64,000 bases of DNA from Camelus ferus. Lineage: Eukaryota. Shown one piece after another: positions 24,678-37,307 of this stretch (position 1 is the first letter of the stretch; every line of letters starts with the position of its first letter). A model generated the notes under the pieces. It was not told the DNA's origin and made no database searches. It was given only the letters and a program-made list of their open reading frames with translations. The DNA lies in the NCBI RefSeq assembly GCF_009834535.1, contig NC_045696.1:115136001-115200000 (forward strand). Direction: 5' to 3'. The translations under genes and the position numbers were made by a program.

Positions 24678-24785
24678 AGCGCATGCTCAGTTGGCTGGTC
24701 TTGGGTGAAGAGTAGCGCATGCCCAGTTGTCTGGTCTTGGGCGGAAAGAATAGCGCATGCTCAGTTGGCTGGTCTTGGGCGAAAG
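24678..24785. repeat. Tandem repeat, 3 copies of a 36-38-bp unit
   Basis: AGCGCATGCTCAGTTGGCTGGTCTTGGG(T/C)G(A/G)A... starting at 24678, 24714 and 24752. Confidence 0.95.
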
Positions 24786-25972
24786 GCTGGCTGTGTGTGT
24801 CGTCACCTGGGAAAGCCAATTCGCTCACCTGTCAGATGCCGTCCATTTATCAGAGCATTTCGTCAGCCAGGTATGTGACTGTTTCGTGCAAAGCAAAGTG
24901 CACTTTTGTCTTTCTGTTATGACTAGCTGGACTGCTACACGCAGCAAATTATTCCACACTAGGGGTTCCTGGGCCTGAACTGCTTGCCCACTAGCATTTT
25001 AGACAAGAAAACAAATGAACAAGAAAGCAGAAGCTACTCTTGCTTTCCTTGAGTGTCAGTGATTGCAGAAGGGGTCTGACACAGTCATACGTTCACAAGG
25101 GTCCATTTTGGGAGCACAACTGGGAGATTTCTGTCTCTGGGCCCATCTCTGCTATGCGGTTTGATACATGGAGTTGAAGTCTCCATTTCATAGTCAGGAA
25201 AATAGAGGCCAAGTGCTTGGTAAATGCACGTATCTGGCTAGTACCAGTGCTCAGATCACGACTTACAAGGCAAGTCTTGATTTATTGGTGTGAATCTGGA
25301 CGAATGGCCCCGAGCCTCAGCTTCCAGATTAGTAAATTGAGATAGTGGGAAGTCACCCTGCCCCGCAAGGCAGCACTCTAGCTACTAAAAATAGCTGAGG
25401 TTCTTAAGTGCTTTGGTCCCTGCCAGCCAGTGTTCTCTGTGCATCGGCTCAACGCATCCTCCTCACAGCCTGTGTTGGAAGAATGATCAGTATGCCCTTT
25501 TTGCAGGTGAGGAAACACGAGTACAGAGAGGTTAAACAAGGAGGTTGGTGGTCTGTGGTCGGGCGGGTTCAGACCCCAAGTGTCGCGCTGCCTAGGACAG
25601 GCTCTTCTGCCACACTGTTTGGAATGACCTTGAGTAAACTCACCCTCGGAAATCCAAAGTCTGGAAGCACATTTTTGCTCTTCAGATAGAGCGGAGAGTT
25701 TCTGAAGCAGACAACAAACTAACAAGTGATCCAGCACCCAAGCAGGGCTCCCTGGTGTCCGCTTGCATGCCGGGCAGCCAGCTGTGGGTGGGGCCTGAGG
25801 CCGAGAGCTGGGAAGGGTGCAATTCCCTTCCAGAAATTCTGCACAAGGGTAGGAGGTAGAAAACCTTGTTCATGGAACATGCAGTGCTCTGAAATCAAGG
25901 CTTCCAAATAATGCTCATGGCGGTGAGAGCTGGTGAGCTTGTGTGCAGGAGCCGTTCCCAGGGGCCTCGCCT

Positions 25973-26015
25973 GTGTGTGAGTGAGTGTGTGTGTGTGTGT
26001 GTGTTTGTGTGTGTG
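25973..26015. repeat. (TG)n microsatellite, imperfect
   Basis: TG/TGAG run read directly. Confidence 0.9.
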
Positions 26016-26376
26016 TTCACGCTTGCTTGCTAGCTTGCTTGCTTAATACAGCAAACTTTTCGAAATGCAATAGTGATTTTCTCTATCCCTGACTTCATCC
26101 TGGGTACTTCATGCAATATACCATAGGTAGGGCGATTTTTTTCTTATCAATTAATAGTCTGAACTTTTAGTGGGGGTGGGGTCCACAGAACCCCAGGGGC
26201 TGAGAAAGACGTGAAATCTTTCTATACCCTCAACAGAATATTTTCTATTTTTTGAAAAGGTCATACAGGTACAAGTTTTTAAATAGAATATTATAAAAGG
26301 GCAAATGGTGAAAATGAAATCTCCTCCCCACACCCTGGTGCACTTTGTTTTGAGATTCTAAATTCTACAGGAAAGG

Positions 26377-26696
26377 ACGGGGGTGTGTGTAGGGGGGGAG
26401 GTGGTCAAGAGGTGCAAACTGCCAGTTGTAAGATAAATACATCCTGGGGATGTCTGCAGCGTGGTGACTATAGGTAAAAAATTCTGTATTGTACGTTTGA
26501 GAGTTGCTCAGAGAGTGAACCTTAAAAGTTCTCATCATAAGAAAAAACATTGCAGCTCTGTGAGGTGATGGATGTTAATTAACTATACTTACTGCAGTGC
26601 TCATTTCTCAATATTTACACACATCAAACCGTTGTGTTGTACAGCTCAAATTTATACAATGTTGTATGTCAATTAGATCTTAATAAAACTGGAAAT
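26377..26696 (+). mobile_element. L1MA-type 3' end nested in an older antisense L1 remnant (~26230-27070)
   Basis: GTTGCTCAGAGAGTGAACCTTAAAAGTTCTCATCATAAG...ATGTCAATTAGATCTTAATAAAACTGG; degenerate TSD TAAATTCTACAGGAAAGG (26359) vs TAAACTCTATGGAAGGG (26698). Confidence 0.85.
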
Positions 26697-29600
26697 GTAA
26701 ACTCTATGGAAGGGTATATGTACACACTCCCCTCTTGTTTTATGTGGCATGGTAGCACACTAGGTCCCCGGTTTTTCATATTTTGCTTTATTTAGCATAT
26801 CTTGTTGTTTCTCATTTTTTCAATTTTATGGCTACCTAATATTCTAATGCAGGAACACATTGTGATTCACTGTACCAGCCTTTTTAAAAGAAAAATAAGT
26901 TCTGTCCATTCTTTCACGAATAAAAACAATGAATATCATTGTGCATACATAATTCTTCATGCACATGGCCACACACATCTAGAGAGTAAATTCATAGACA
27001 TGGGATTTAGGGGGTGAGGCATATTTAATTCTCATGGGTATTGCCAAAGCATCCCATTGAAATTTTTTATTGATCAATTTCTCCTCATATTCCTGTCATT
27101 AAAAAACAGAATAGCTGCTTTCAAACCAGGAAACTGTTTATGTGGAAACTGCCTGGCAGATCTCTCAAAGCATGAATTCTCAAAGTGGAACCAAAATGAG
27201 TGGCTTCCTGCTTTTTCGTCCTTGCTCTCCCCTCCCCAGTCTGTTTCTCCACTTATTTCTCTTGTGCTAATTCCATATGGATATTAGTTTCAATATTGAA
27301 AAAAGGCAATGGGGCCATAAAATCAAAACACACCCCTTGCTTTCAGAATGGGGATGAATGCAATGGAAGGAATGCACCTCATAAGTGAGACGGTGCCGTT
27401 CTGCCTTGAAGGTTGCTCCTTGAAAGATCTCTGTATCAATTAGATTTAAAAGCCAACTGTGGTTGGAAGTTTTGTTTTTCTGTGGCCATTAAAAGGCAAA
27501 AGCATATTTGCATAATTCCACATTTCAGTTTTTTCCCTTCTATTCCTAACTCCATGCTTTTCTTCCTCTTTTTTTTTTTTTTTCAGCATCTCTTTTTAGA
27601 AAACATTAGACCTAGAAATAATCTAGGAATGTCTCTAGTATGTCTCTATGGAAAAAAATGCCAAATCTGTTGAAGACACAGAGTCTCCAAGCAGTGATGA
27701 CGATCACTTTTTGTTGAGCTCTTTACAAACACCAACTCCTTTACTCCCTAAAGGAACAATATTGTTTTAATGAACTAGATGACATTCTCTCTACTTTGCA
27801 AAAGAGGAGAGACGCATCTGAAGCTTACATTTCTTGCCCAGGATTAAATCGATTGAAAATGGCAGGAATAGGATTCAAACCCAAGACCTCCTGACTGGAC
27901 GTCTTGTGTGCTGAGCTGACAACACCCTTCTGTCCAGCTCACTACTCCTGGACCACTTCTGTAGGCTCTTGATAGTAGAGGACATTTATATAATGCAGAC
28001 GAGCTTACTTTCCCGGTCCTTACTGAGAGTCTTAAGGACAATCACAACCACCCCTGATGAAGTACAAAGAGTACCAAGAACCCTATCCTATAGTAAGGAC
28101 TCTGAGGAGGGAGGGGGACCAGTCATCTCTTCTCTCTTTCATTGGAGAGATGGTCTCTTTTGTTACCTGCTGTCTCTTTGAGCCATCCTGACAATCCCCA
28201 GTGCTGTCATAGCAACAAAACGAAGTGAAGGAAATCAGTAAATTACTGTACGTTAGGATATGCTAATCAGGGGCTGCTGTGTACAACTCACTCCATATCC
28301 TAATTTACATCCCCCCTTGTTCATCAAATGTTTAAATTTCTCTCCCCGCCTCGAGATCACGCATGCCGTGTGTAATAGGCATTAGAAGAATCTCATATCT
28401 GGATGGCATCTTGAAATCTCACCTGACATCTTTATATTTATAAGTAGGAAGAGGGAAGGGGATGGGTTTAATTATTGAGCCCAAGTAGAGACTGTCCGTA
28501 GTAGGTGGTGGAGCTGGGCTGCCTAGAATCCAGGTCTGCTGGCTCCTCCCAGAGCTGTTTTGCCCTCCTCAGGATGTAAGGGGGGTGTTTATTGTCTCCG
28601 TCTTTCTTCACAGCAAGAGTAGGAGATGAGTATTCTTCTCATTTGAGAGAGGAGGAAACTGACATGGTCCCTTCGCCAACGTTGTACAGAAAGCAGGAGG
28701 GCCGGACGTGGAATCCGGACTCACACACTTCCCACTGCTCCTTTCTGCTTCCTGAGCCAGGGCTCCAGTCTGCCATCTTGCGTGTTGGGTTCAAATGTGC
28801 GTGGATCCCTGCTTTTCTTAGCATCTAAATGAATTCAAAGTTCCCTCTCTGCTCTAGGATTCTCTGATCCTACAATGGCTGTGGGGATAAAAAGGTGGGG
28901 CTCATTGGAGCAGTAAATCCCTGCAGCGCACAGGTGCCCAGTGGATGAGGCCTCCCCCCTCCCTCCTCACTGTCGGCAGTGCACCGCGTTCATCTGCCTG
29001 TGAACTGTTGTAATCGACCTTACAGAGTTTCCAGACTGGACTCTTTTGCTCTCAACTCAGCCAACACTCTCCTAGGCCAAGGCATAGCTGCAGACCCCAG
29101 AGCCCCCGACACACACACACACACACACTCAAATACCCGCAGGGATTCTTATTTCCTCATACAGAACTGCCAAACTTCTTATCCAGGTGGTCAGGACAGC
29201 CCCGGTTCTGGCCCCAATGTACCTTGCAGTTTTTACAAAACTTCCCTTCTCTCATCCTAGGTTCTGACTCTGCAAAAGCCACTCCAAATTTCCTCACCCT
29301 CTGAGACTTCGCCTCAAGGTGTCCTGCCTACCTGATATGTAGTTTGTTTTGGCCTCTGGGACTCCAAAAATTTCAGCATTCATTGTTTTTTCACTCTTAA
29401 TTTTTTTCTGTCCTTGAAACATTTTTGTGTAAAAACAGAATCTTACAGACTCTTCAAGAAGGTCTAATGTAAGTGCACTTCCTTTAAGGAGATCATCCAG
29501 TTTTTCGTAAAAAGATGATACCTCCTTTCTCTGAATTTCCAGGTATGGCGTTTCCCAAACTTGTCTGAGCAAAAAACCTGGAGAATTTTAAAAGTTCTGT

Positions 29601-29720
29601 GTTTCCTCTTCTCCCCTCTCGATTTACTGAGTCAGACACTCCAGGAAGAGTCCACTGCACCCCAATTTAATACTTAAGATTGCTGGCCCAAACACATCAT
29701 GCCATAGTGCATAAGATATT

Positions 29721-29836
29721 AGTGGTAGAGCGCATGCTCAGCATGCATGAAGGTCCTGGGTTCAATCCCCAGTACCTCCATTAAACAAATAAATTTAAAA
29801 AGTAAAACTAATACCCCCCCCAAAAAAAAAACAAAC
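29721..29836 (+). mobile_element. Vic-1-like SINE, slightly 5'-truncated
   Basis: AGTGGTAGAGCGCATGCTCAGCATGCATGAAGGTCCTGGGTTCAATCCCCAGTACCTCC, then A-rich, C-run and A tail. Confidence 0.9.
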
Positions 29837-29939
29837 TAAGCTTAAAAAAATATATATCAGTAGGATTAAATTGTGAACAAGACAAAAACGATACAACAGT
29901 TGATCTGAAAGGAGAAACATGAAGCCAACACTACAGGAA

Positions 29940-31130
29940 ATTATGAGAAAGGAGTGTTCTGACAGGAGAGACTTACCCTAAATTATATCAGAAAAGCATA
30001 ATAGTTAAATAATTTGGCCCTGAGTAACAGACAGGTTATAAACAACATATTAGACCATCTAGAAATAAACCTCAGTACTTATGGAAATGGAGATGTAGGT
30101 TATAATAAAAATAACATTTCAATTCATTGTTGAAAAGAGAAACTGTCAAGTCAGTGGTTTGGGTGCGACTAGATAAACATGTAGACAAATAAATAAAGTT
30201 AATTCCTATTCTGCTTCTTACACCGAAATAAATTATACATTGAACAAAGATTCAGACGTAAAAACTGAAGCCACAAATTTATGGAAGGAAGCCTGGATGA
30301 ATAAATTTAAACTCTTGTAATGGAAAAGACCTTTGTATTCAGGACACACACCCAGACTATAAAGGAGAGAAATGATAAATCTGACTGCACAAAATTAATA
30401 ACTTGTGTTTGGGAAAAATAATTCAAAAAACTAAGTGAAAAAAACCCAGATGACATATTTGGAAAACAGTACTTAAACACCATTATCAGATAAATGGCTA
30501 ATTTCTTTAATTAACAAAGAGCTTATAAGAATCAGTAAGAAAAGCCAAACAACTCAAAAGAAAAATGAAGACTATGAACAGACACGTTACAAATAAAGAA
30601 AAATATATTGCCAGTGAAAATATAAAACTCCTCTCAGTTTCATGCATAATTAACAACATATAAATACAAATATTGGGCTATGTAGCCATTCACTTAGGGG
30701 ATTGGTAATTTTTTTTTTTTATAAAAGTTGGGTATGGCAAAAGCCAGTCTTATAGTTGTGTGCAAGGGAATACATTTTTTGCAAACTCTGCACAAGGTGC
30801 CTTGCTACTACTGATATGTGCATTTTTTTTATAGCAAGTCCTCTTTGCCCTACCAAGCTTGTTACCAGGAATATACTGTATCTTCCCAAAAGGTCACTCA
30901 CACATATGATTAAGGATGTTAAATGCAGTGTTGATTTTTAAAGCACAAACTGGAAACAACAAAGTGAACATCAGTAGGGGATACGTGAAATAAAAGTATG
31001 GCACCTTCAAAACATTGGAAGAGAGTGCAGCTGTGAGAAAAAAATAAGTCTACCTTTAGGTGGTGATGTGGAAAAAAAAAATCTCCAATATAACAGCAGT
31101 GAAAGCAAGACTCAGAAGAGTAGCAAGAAA
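29940..31130 (+). mobile_element. Ancient L1 (L1M/L1ME-type) ORF2 3' region, heavily degenerate
   Basis: A-rich strand with L1 ORF2-like text (AGAAATAAACCTC, TACACCGAAATAAATT, TATGAACAGACA, AAACTGGAAACAAC). Confidence 0.75.
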
Positions 31131-34100
31131 TCCACCCCCCCCCAAGAAATCCCTCAGGGAGTGAACATGGAAGAAGGTTCTTTGATAGTGATGATGATGT
31201 AAATGCATCCGTTTCCAAAAATAAACATAAGAAATCGTTAGCAGTTGTTAGATTTGGGCGGGACTTAATGCTTTCTAAGTCACTTTGTGCAGATAGAATA
31301 TTCCACCAGGCCAGGGCTCAGTGCTCTGGGCTCAGCGAACAGAGATGCCCCTTAGTTGTGTGTGGGTGACTGGTTTACTTTGCTTTTCTCATCCAGGGTT
31401 GTCTGTCATGCACTGTGAGCCACTTTTTTGGGTTCTCTTGCTCGTATTTCTCTCCATCAACAAAGACCGGAACTATATGATTTTAAAGTGGTTGTGAATT
31501 TCATGTCAAAGCTTCCCAGGCGTGCTATGCTCAGCCAGCGCAGGTGACCACTGCCATTCATCACTGTCCCCTGGGGGACATCTCTTGCCCTTGGTGGAAC
31601 TGTGCGTGGCAGGAATCCTGGCTGTCTTTTTTTAGGTCTCAGGGCTTTTGTGGGCAAGTGATTTAATCCTGCGTTCTGTCCTCAGGCTGCCTCATGTGCC
31701 TCTTAGTGGAGTGACCCTGGCCAAACCCCCTGGTGTGTGTGTGTCTCGTCTTCTTCACAGGGTGGTACTTAAATGAGACAATGTGTGTCCTGTGCATCGT
31801 GCAGGCTTCCTAGTAGTGAGTGGTAGCGGTGGAGTGAGACCGCCGGTGGCTGATCACAGAGTGAAGGAAGGATAGATGGATGAATGGAGCTCCTGTCTTG
31901 TGGTGGGAACCCCCCGGGACAGGCTATGCCTGCATCTCCACAGCTCTGGAGAGAATCTAATGAAAACCCACCTGGTGATTTACTCCAAACAGGCAGGCAT
32001 CTCATCCTCTTGCGTTCTGAGGAGCTCTTGGTCTCCATTTGTTCTTAGCCATGTCCCTTTGTACTGCGCGCGGGTCGTGAGAACCGTCGCTTTTCGGGCT
32101 TATGAAGGCATTTCCTCTTTATCGCGCTGGCTTTCGAGCTGTCACTGACCTTCCAGAACTCCTTGGTTTTTGTTTTGTGCCAGATTTCCCACATGGTCAG
32201 TTGACAGCCCGATTCAGGACCGAGTTCTGAGGGATGACAGAACCCACCCTGGGAAGGCCCTGGGAGAGCCCCAGACCCTACCTCTAAACTGCCTGTGGGG
32301 AGAGACGCGCTTCCATCCCCCCGGAGTTCTCAGAAGCGACAAGATCCCCGAAGCCCCGAGTCACGCTGTCTTCCACCGCGGGTGGAAGTGACAGTTTTCC
32401 CTTCAAAGACGATCATCAGTTCTCACTGAGGTTCACAGAGGAAGTGTGGCCTCTTCTGAATCTTAAAATAGCTTGAAGGAAGTCCTCTTAGCCAGTGAGG
32501 AGGAAGCCATTATTGAAACAGTTCTGCCCTCATGAGCAGTTTGTTTTTAGGGTCATATTGCTTTTAAGTTCTCACTGTTTATAAATCTTTACCCCTTGAG
32601 GTGTAGGGCATACTTGAATGCTTATAGCTTGGATTTGTGCCATCAGTGAGACCAGAAGGGGAATCATTACCAGAGGGGGTGACTCTGCACAGGGTGGGAT
32701 GGGATTTCTATGTCTGCCAGCAGAAGAGGCGGTGCGGGGCTGTGGTGATGGCACAGTGGGACCATCGCTGCTTTATGAGAAGGTTCCTCACACGTGCTGA
32801 GGGCTGCCACATCCCAGGCACTGTTCTAGACACCGTGGTTCAGTCTGAACCGACAAAGATCCTTGCCTTTGAAGAGCTGACGTTTGCTTGGGAAGAGTCA
32901 GACATCAAGTAACAAACATAATAAAGTAGATAGGAAGATAAAATGGAATAAACACTGTGGATGGGAGAGCCATCTGGCAAAGCCCCAGAGGGGAGGGGTG
33001 GGCCCATGTGCTGGGGTGGGGGGCTCATTGTCAAGGTCACATCCGAGCCAAGGTTAGAATGCCTTGGAGCTCTCCTAGCAGAGTAAGTTGGCCACCCCTG
33101 ACCACCTGGAGGCTGAGTGTCCTCACCTGGGAAGTGGCACAAATCTCTAACTTACTGTGCTGCGATGGGAATGAAACGGACCAGCCTTGGTGAAGCAACT
33201 GACCTAGAGCAGAGCATCCGGATGCTGTAGGGTTTTTATTGCTTGTTGTCTTACTCCACATTCAGGCGGTCTACACTTTTGTTTTAAAAAGGGAAGTGAA
33301 AAATAGTTTTTAACTGAACGTGTATATATATATTTTAATGGCTAGATGTCCTGTGATGGTGTCACAGGCCTTGAGCTTCTGGGATCTGGGGATGGAATCT
33401 TGGGTGACTTTTGTGTCTATAAACTGAGCCTGGGAAAGAAAATGCTGGCATACTGGTTGGGTGGGTACCTGATCGTTTCTTCCTTTTACCTTTTGTAGTC
33501 TTGGGAAACCAGCTGAGTCCTAACCTGGGAAGGCTGGTGTGCGGTGTGAGGACCAGAAGGCAGCACATGGCTGGGTGGGCAGAAGGGCGGATCAGGACTG
33601 TCAGGGCCCAGGAGACAGTTAACTGAGGACAGCCAGGACAGAGGCCCGTTGTCCTCAAGGTGTGTGGGTGACCGAGAGGAAGATGGGAAAATCTGATGAA
33701 CTAGGCCAGCTACACTGTAAATTTGGAGGTGGTGAGGGTTACTTAAGGTTTTAAGACCTTTGTTCAGTGCCAGCAGGCTTCAAAATTGACTTGAATCCTG
33801 CAGAAAAGGATCTGGTCTTCTTGGTGTGGAGGTTGGTCCGAGAATCTAGGTCACATCAGGAGACAGAAGGCAGAGGGAGTTTGAAGTGTGAGGCCTGGAA
33901 CCCTGCGGGGCCCCGGGAGTGGGGGAAGATCAGAGCCGCAACTCAGAGGCCACGGTGGCTCCAGGCCTCCCCCTGGATTAGGCGTGAGCAAGACAGGAAG
34001 TCTGAGTCCCTCCAGCTGGAGGGTCCCAGGGCTTCAGAATCCAGGCTTCGATCTGTCAGGCTACCCCGGATGCCTTTGCATCTCCTGTTGCAGAGAAGCA

Positions 34101-35527
34101 GAAAAAGGCCAGGTGAACAGATAGCCCCTGAGCACCAGGGAGCTGAAAGCATTGTTCTTCGAGGGGAAAGGGAGAGGGAGAGCAAGGACATGACAGAGAA
34201 CAGATCCCATGCATAACATCTGTTGTGCACACACTGTGGAGTCTAAAGAAGTGTTTATATCCAGAGCTGCTTGCCCATTTGCTCAGCCACAGGGGAGGGG
34301 ACAACGACTGTTCAGCACCTCTCCTAGAAGCAGCAGCTTTGTTGGGGGCGGCCATTGATTTACATTGCTTGTCCCCTTTGGGGACCAGATACCACCCCCG
34401 CTACCCGGCTGTTTGCAAATATCTCAAGAAGATGGGACACTATTACAGTTCAGACATAAAACGCCAGGCTGGCCTCCAGATTCCATGCTGAGCTATAAAA
34501 TAGGTTGAAGAGGCTTTGTGTACTTAGACATGCATCTTTTCCATAAAGTGTAACAGTTCACTTGCAGAACTTAAAATAGTCTGAATTAATATTCTTATAA
34601 TTGCTAAGGGATTTAAGGATCAAAAGTATTTTAAAATAAATTAGGTACTCTCCAAAATAGGATTTTCTTGTCCTCATTTTGAGTATAAAACCTCATAGAA
34701 ACCCAAGGCCCAACAAATTTCTATATGTTTAAAGATGGAAATTTTCCTGGTTTTTTGAAGTCTTTTTTAGGATATACCAACTTTTGGTGCTCTCTTCTCT
34801 GGGTTATTTCTTTCTATAACCCTGGGAAGGATGTTGCAGACCACTGGGAGACAGAGCCTGTCCACAAGATTTGTTTCTGTGCAGTGAAATGCCCAGCCAC
34901 GTTCAGATGTCACCCTCTCTACTTGAAGGTGGGAAACTTAAATTCTTTGATTGATCCCGGGTCTTGGAACATGCAGAATGTGCCCAGACCTGGCGAGACT
35001 TGAAGCTGACATCTAGGCAACCATTCTAGCAAGGAAGAAGAAGAGATGGGTAGATATAGACATACATATATATATATGTATATGTGTGTGTGTGTGTGTC
35101 TTTTCCCGGAATATAGACCATGGGTTTTATCTACACTTAAACTCTGCTCATTAGAAAAGATTCTATTACAGCTTTTTCTTGATAATGAGAGGTATGTTTA
35201 AAAACAAGAGAAGGAATTCTAAGCAAAGCGGCTCCTTCCATACCTGGCCATATGCTATTCATGCCCCCTCAGTTGTGAAGTTCATCTTATGGGAAAGAGG
35301 TGAAATAATTGCATGGTGGCTATCCAGGGACCCTTTGTCAGCGTTTGGAAATCTTCCTGAAGATCCCCTCTTCCATCCTCACTCCCCACCCCAACAAAAT
35401 GGAAGGCCTTCAAATGAGATGTCATGGGACTCGTGGGGCAAACAGACAGTTAACATATCCAGTCAGAAGTATGTGCTATAATTAGAGCTATACAGAAGGA
35501 AAGGGGCCTTGATGGTTTCCCCAGGTC

Positions 35528-35790
35528 AGTGTTCTGAAAGCGTGCAATAGAGCCACCCTGAGGGCCTGTGAACCCCTGACCCCTGGGCCCCACCCCCTGA
35601 GCTTCTGATTCAGCAAGTCTGAGCTAGGATCCAAAAATACTCATTTCTAACCAGTTCCCTGGTAATGCTGTTGCTGCCAGTCTAGGGAATATGCTTTAGA
35701 ACCACCATCTAGGCCAGTGGTTCTCAATCTTGGATGTACGTTTGAATCACTGGGTGGTGGGGTGTTAAAATCCCAATGCCCAAGCCAGTC
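35528..35790. mobile_element. MER5A plus adjacent MER5-family fragment
   Basis: GGGCCCCACCCCCTGAGCTTCTGATTCAGCAAGTCTG...CATTTCTAACCAGTTCCCTGGT, then CAGTGGTTCTCAATCTTGG. Confidence 0.75.
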
Positions 35791-36249
35791 CCCTCTTCTA
35801 ATAATTTAAAAGTTCTTTTTTTTTTTTTTTAACTTTCTGCCAAAATACAATTTATAGAGAAGAAAAAAAAAATGAGTGATTTGGATACCACCTCAGTCCA
35901 CAATGCTAATTGTTTTAAAAATTAATTAAATTAATTCAATTATATTTTCCAGTTCTGTCTGAACATTCTCAAATCATGTCAGGAAGGAAATGCTTTAATT
36001 GTTTTAGCTTTTCTCCTTTCTGAGTTCATATTTAGGAGGAGGTAGTGTAGCACCCTGGTTATAATTTTGGCCTCTGGAATCAGAATATCTGGGTTCAATT
36101 CCAGGCTTCGCCACTAAAAAGCTGCATTACAAGAACAATGCTTAATCTTGATGAGGTTCCATTTTCTCATCTATAAAATGGAGACGATAATGGTACCTGC
36201 CTTGTAGAGTTTTTGAAAGGATCTAATAAGGCAACGCAAGGAACACACT

Positions 36250-36749
36250 TGTTACTGAGTCCAAACTCATCCTGCTCACCGCACAATAGGCCAGTAAATT
36301 GGGAGACGAGGTGTTGGGGCAAGGAATAACGACTTTATTTGGAAATCCGGCAGACCAAGAAGATGTGGGACTAATGTCCTGGAGAACCATCTTCCTCAAG
36401 TCAGAATTCAGGCTCCTTTTATACTAAAAGGGAGGGGGTTTGGTTGGTTGTTGTGCGAACTTCTTGGTGTCAGAATCCTTTGTCCTTGCATCTGTCCATG
36501 TGAGTCAGGTCACCATGTTCCTGATTTTATTTTCTGTTCTGCAACTTTTAATCTTTATATGAATGGAAGAGTGTTCTACCCTTAAAGATCAGAGCCTTGA
36601 GAATGAGCTGTCCTGTTATTTCAGGCTCTAGGCAACATTCTTTTACAAAAGGTGCAGAACCAGCATGACTGAGCCCAGGAAACAGAGCACAGGATTAGAG
36701 CTAAAGGAACAGATCTAACATGGAGTCAGATTTGTTCTTCCCTCCTACA
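36250..36749 (-). mobile_element. ERV solo LTR (family A) inserted in a MIR (~36040-36800)
   Basis: TG...CA termini (TGTTACTG...CCTACA); minus-strand TATAAAA (~36417-36423) and AATAAA (~36334-36339); colinear with the copy at 57043-57583. Confidence 0.85.
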
Positions 36750-37116
36750 TTCTTAGCAAACATCGAGGCACTTAGGAGGCACTTAGGCAAACACTGGCTC
36801 CCATTGCTGTCCTAACTCGCTGGCTAGTGGCTACAGCTGGCTGATGGACCCAGACACCAGTGGGTCCCAGGACTCAGTTGTCTGACTTGGCTGCCAAGAA
36901 TGTCCCTAGAAAGCTTTTTCAGGAGAACAAATAAGAACTATATTCATATCAACCCTGGGGGATTAAATTGCAGAGTGGCATTGTCTGGGCAGGAGCCCCA
37001 GAAGGGTCGGTCAGGAGCAAAAGTGGATAAGCATTCCTTTTCTACCAACATGTGTCTCTCTTTGTATTGGCTTTCAAGTGGAGATCATATGATGAGCAGA
37101 TGTTCCCATTTTAGCC

Positions 37117-37307
37117 CAGTGGTTCGAAAAATGTGGCTCCAGCACCGGTAGCAATGGAATCTCCCGAGAAGTTGTTTGAAATACAGATTCTCCACCTCCC
37201 CCTGAGACGGACTGAATTTGAAACTCTGGTGTGAGACCCAACAGTGTGTGGCTTAAGGAGTCCTCCAGGTGATCCTAAGGCAGGTGGAAGTTTGTGAAGC
37301 ACCACTG
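37117..37307 (+). mobile_element. MER5A, full-length MITE
   Basis: TIRs CAGTGGTT...ACCACTG, ~190 bp, internal CTCCAGGTGATCCT. Confidence 0.85.

Noticed and set aside
24678..24785. CRISPR-like array (~37-bp periodicity)
   Set aside because: Head-to-tail tandem units with no unique spacers, no cas genes, mammalian context.
33767..34216. 149-aa ORF and overlapping neighbours
   Set aside because: GC-rich patch open in several frames, non-ATG start, no recognisable domain.
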